The position numbers were made by a program, and so were the translations under genes. DNA of 64,000 nucleotides. Source: an uncultured cyanobacterium (GTDB lineage: Bacteria; Cyanobacteriota; Cyanobacteriia; PCC-6307; Cyanobiaceae). The stretch spans positions 672,001 to 736,000 of the forward strand of contig CAVXWZ010000011.1 in the NCBI GenBank assembly GCA_963765575.1, read 5' to 3'. The stretch's first letter is position 1. Each line of letters starts with the position of its first letter. The notes beneath the pieces were generated by a model. The model did not search any database. It was not told where the DNA came from and saw only the letters and a program-made list of their open reading frames with translations. This document shows, in pieces, positions 62,193 through 64,000 of this stretch.

Positions 62193-63472
62193 TCCAGGGC
62201 CGCTGTGATCGCGGCGTAGCAGCGCTCGAGCTGCGCGTCGCTCAGGCACAGGGGCGGCAGCAGATACACCACATGCCCCAGGGGCCGCACGTAGACCCCG
62301 GCCTCCAGGCAGTGGTCCTGGATCCGACGCCCCACGGCGCTGAGGTAGCCGGGCTGCTCCACCGCCACATCAAAGGCGGCCACGGTGCCCAGGCAGCGGG
62401 GCCGCCGCACCCGCTGGTGCTTGGCGAGGGCCTCCAGCAACGGCCGGTGGCGGGCCTCGAAGCCCTTGTAGCGCTGGGGGTGGGCGTCCAGCAGGTCGAG
62501 GCTGGCCAGGGCGGCGGCACAGCCCAGCGGGTTGGCGGTGAAACTGTGGCCGTGGAAGAAGGTGGCCTGGGGGTCGTCGCTGATGAATCCCTGATACAGC
62601 CGTTCGCTGGCCAGGGTCACCCCCATGGGCAGAAAGCCACCGGTGAGGCCCTTGGAGAGGGCCATCAGGTCGGGGCGGATGCCAGCGCGGTGGCAGGCGA
62701 ACAGCGCCCCGGTGCGACCGAAGCCGGTCATCACCTCATCGGCGATCAGCAGCGCCCCGGCGGCCCGAACCCGCTCGGCCACGGCCTGCACAAAGGCCGG
62801 CCGCACCATCGCCATGCCGGAGGCCCCCTGGATCAGCGGCTCCAGGATCACCGCCGCGGTGGGGGTCTGCAGGGCAGCCTCCAGCTGGGCCAGGGCGGTG
62901 CGCTCGCGCGCTGCCGGGTCGTGGTCATGCCAGCAGGTGTGGGGCCAGTTCACCCGCGCTACCGCGAACAGCAGCGGCTCATAGGGCTCCGTGAACAAGC
63001 CGCGGGCCCCCACCGCCATCGCCCCCACGGTGTCGCCGTGGTAAGCGCCGCTGAAGGCGATCAGCTGGCTGCGCGGTTCGCCGCGATTGCGCCACCACTG
63101 CCAGGCGATCTTGAGGGCCACCTCCACGGCGGTGGAGCCGTTGTCGGAGAAGAACAGCCGCTCCAGGCCGCTCAGGGCGCTGAGGCGCTCGGCCAGCCGT
63201 TCCGCCGGCTGATGGCTGAAGTTGGCGAAGATCACCTGCTCCAGCTCGCCCGCCTGGCGCGCGATCGCGGCGGCGATGCTGGGCTCGGCGTGGCCGTGCA
63301 GGGTCACCCACCAGCTGCTGATGGCATCGATCAGACGGCGGCCGTCCTCGAGTTCGAGCTCGGCGCCGGCTCCGCGCCGTACCCGCAGCGGCGGCAGGGC
63401 GGTGCGCACCTGGGTGGTGGGATGCCAGAGGTGGGGGTGCCACGCGGCAGGCGGCTGCCCTGGAGAGGTCAC
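62183..63472 (-). CDS. bioA: adenosylmethionine-8-amino-7-oxononanoate aminotransferase
   Basis: [46 protein letters not shown] and HGHSFTANP motifs; probable GTG start at 63472. Confidence 0.94.
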   Translation of the reverse strand: MTSPGQPPAAWHPHLWHPTTQVRTALPPLRVRRGAGAELELEDGRRLIDAISSWWVTLHGHAEPSIAAAIARQAGELEQVIFANFSHQPAERLAERLSALSGLERLFFSDNGSTAVEVALKIAWQWWRNRGEPRSQLIAFSGAYHGDTVGAMAVGARGLFTEPYEPLLFAVARVNWPHTCWHDHDPAARERTALAQLEAALQTPTAAVILEPLIQGASGMAMVRPAFVQAVAERVRAAGALLIADEVMTGFGRTGALFACHRAGIRPDLMALSKGLTGGFLPMGVTLASERLYQGFISDDPQATFFHGHSFTANPLGCAAALASLDLLDAHPQRYKGFEARHRPLLEALAKHQRVRRPRCLGTVAAFDVAVEQPGYLSAVGRRIQDHCLEAGVYVRPLGHVVYLLPPLCLSDAQLERCYAAITAALDQA

Positions 63473-63619
63473 CGGCGGGCGAAGGCGGGGGATGGACAAG
63501 TCTGCAGGGCCTGGCTGCAGCGGGGCCGGCGGTGAATTTGTGTGAGGGTTGCCGCAGCGGTGGCCATGGCGGGCGGGGGGATCGATACGGTCCGCCCAGA
63601 TGGTGAGCATTCCCCTTTC

Positions 63620-64000
63620 ATGACCCTGCCTCTGCTCGACAGCCGCCCTTCGGCGATCAATGCCCGCGTCGCCAACTTCCTCCCGCCGGTGATGAGACCC
63701 CCCGCCAGGCACCGCGCGTCCCTCGCCGGTGACAGCTCCGCCAGCGCCGAGCTGATCGAGCAGGCCTATCGCCAGATCTTCTTCCATGCCTTCAGCGTGG
63801 ATCGGGATCCGGTGCTGGAGATGCGCCTGCGCAGTGGTCAGATCAGCGTGCGCGGCTTCATCCGCGGCCTGCTGCTCTCCGACAAGTTCCGCGACGACTT
63901 CTACCGCTGCAACAGCAATTACCGGGTGGTGGAGCAGGTGGTGGGTCGGGTTCTCGGCCGCCCCGTCTATGGCCAGCAGGAGAGCATCCGCTGGTCGATC
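63620..64000 (+). CDS. cpcG: phycobilisome rod-core linker CpcG/CpcL, partial
   Basis: Manual translation MTLPLL...LIEQAYRQIFFHAF...SGQISVRGFIRGLLLS...NSNYRVVEQVVGRVLGR; runs off the right edge. Confidence 0.88.
   Translation, partial: MTLPLLDSRPSAINARVANFLPPVMRPPARHRASLAGDSSASAELIEQAYRQIFFHAFSVDRDPVLEMRLRSGQISVRGFIRGLLLSDKFRDDFYRCNSNYRVVEQVVGRVLGRPVYGQQESIRWSI

Overview
High-GC picocyanobacterial chromosome segment (Cyanobium/Synechococcus-like, inferred from psbP, psbY, ycf54, crtH, cpcG and gene order). Positions ~650-37,600 are mostly core genes: APC and DMT transporters, alpha-amylase, fibrillin, gltS, lipA, recR, psbP, an LCP protein, an ABC exporter, rbp, deaD, recC-recB-recD, ycf54-pdxJ, bolA-grxD, srrA, crtH, trmFO, psbY and tRNA-Lys(UUU). 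From tRNA-Lys to ~62,190 the region looks accessory. It holds several gene relics (transglutaminase, IS5 transposase, ArdC), cbiX behind a cobalamin riboswitch, a CDF transporter and an NblA-like small protein. It also holds a glycosyltransferase/CrtO-like acyltransferase/lipase/GH3 cluster, a second rbp, a delta-9 desaturase, glnN, and a glgP / Shb17-like phosphatase / atypical transketolase / phosphoketolase cluster. bioA and a partial cpcG end the window. There are three best candidates for undescribed systems: (1) a possible non-oxidative glycogen-to-acetyl-phosphate module; (2) a possible reversible acyl-glycosylation module for a carotenoid or lipid; (3) a leader motif shared by both rbp genes and deaD. 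crtH and the transketolase each carry a single +1 frameshift that may be an assembly error. No CRISPR array, rRNA or integrase was seen. All family assignments come from motif recognition by eye, not database searches.
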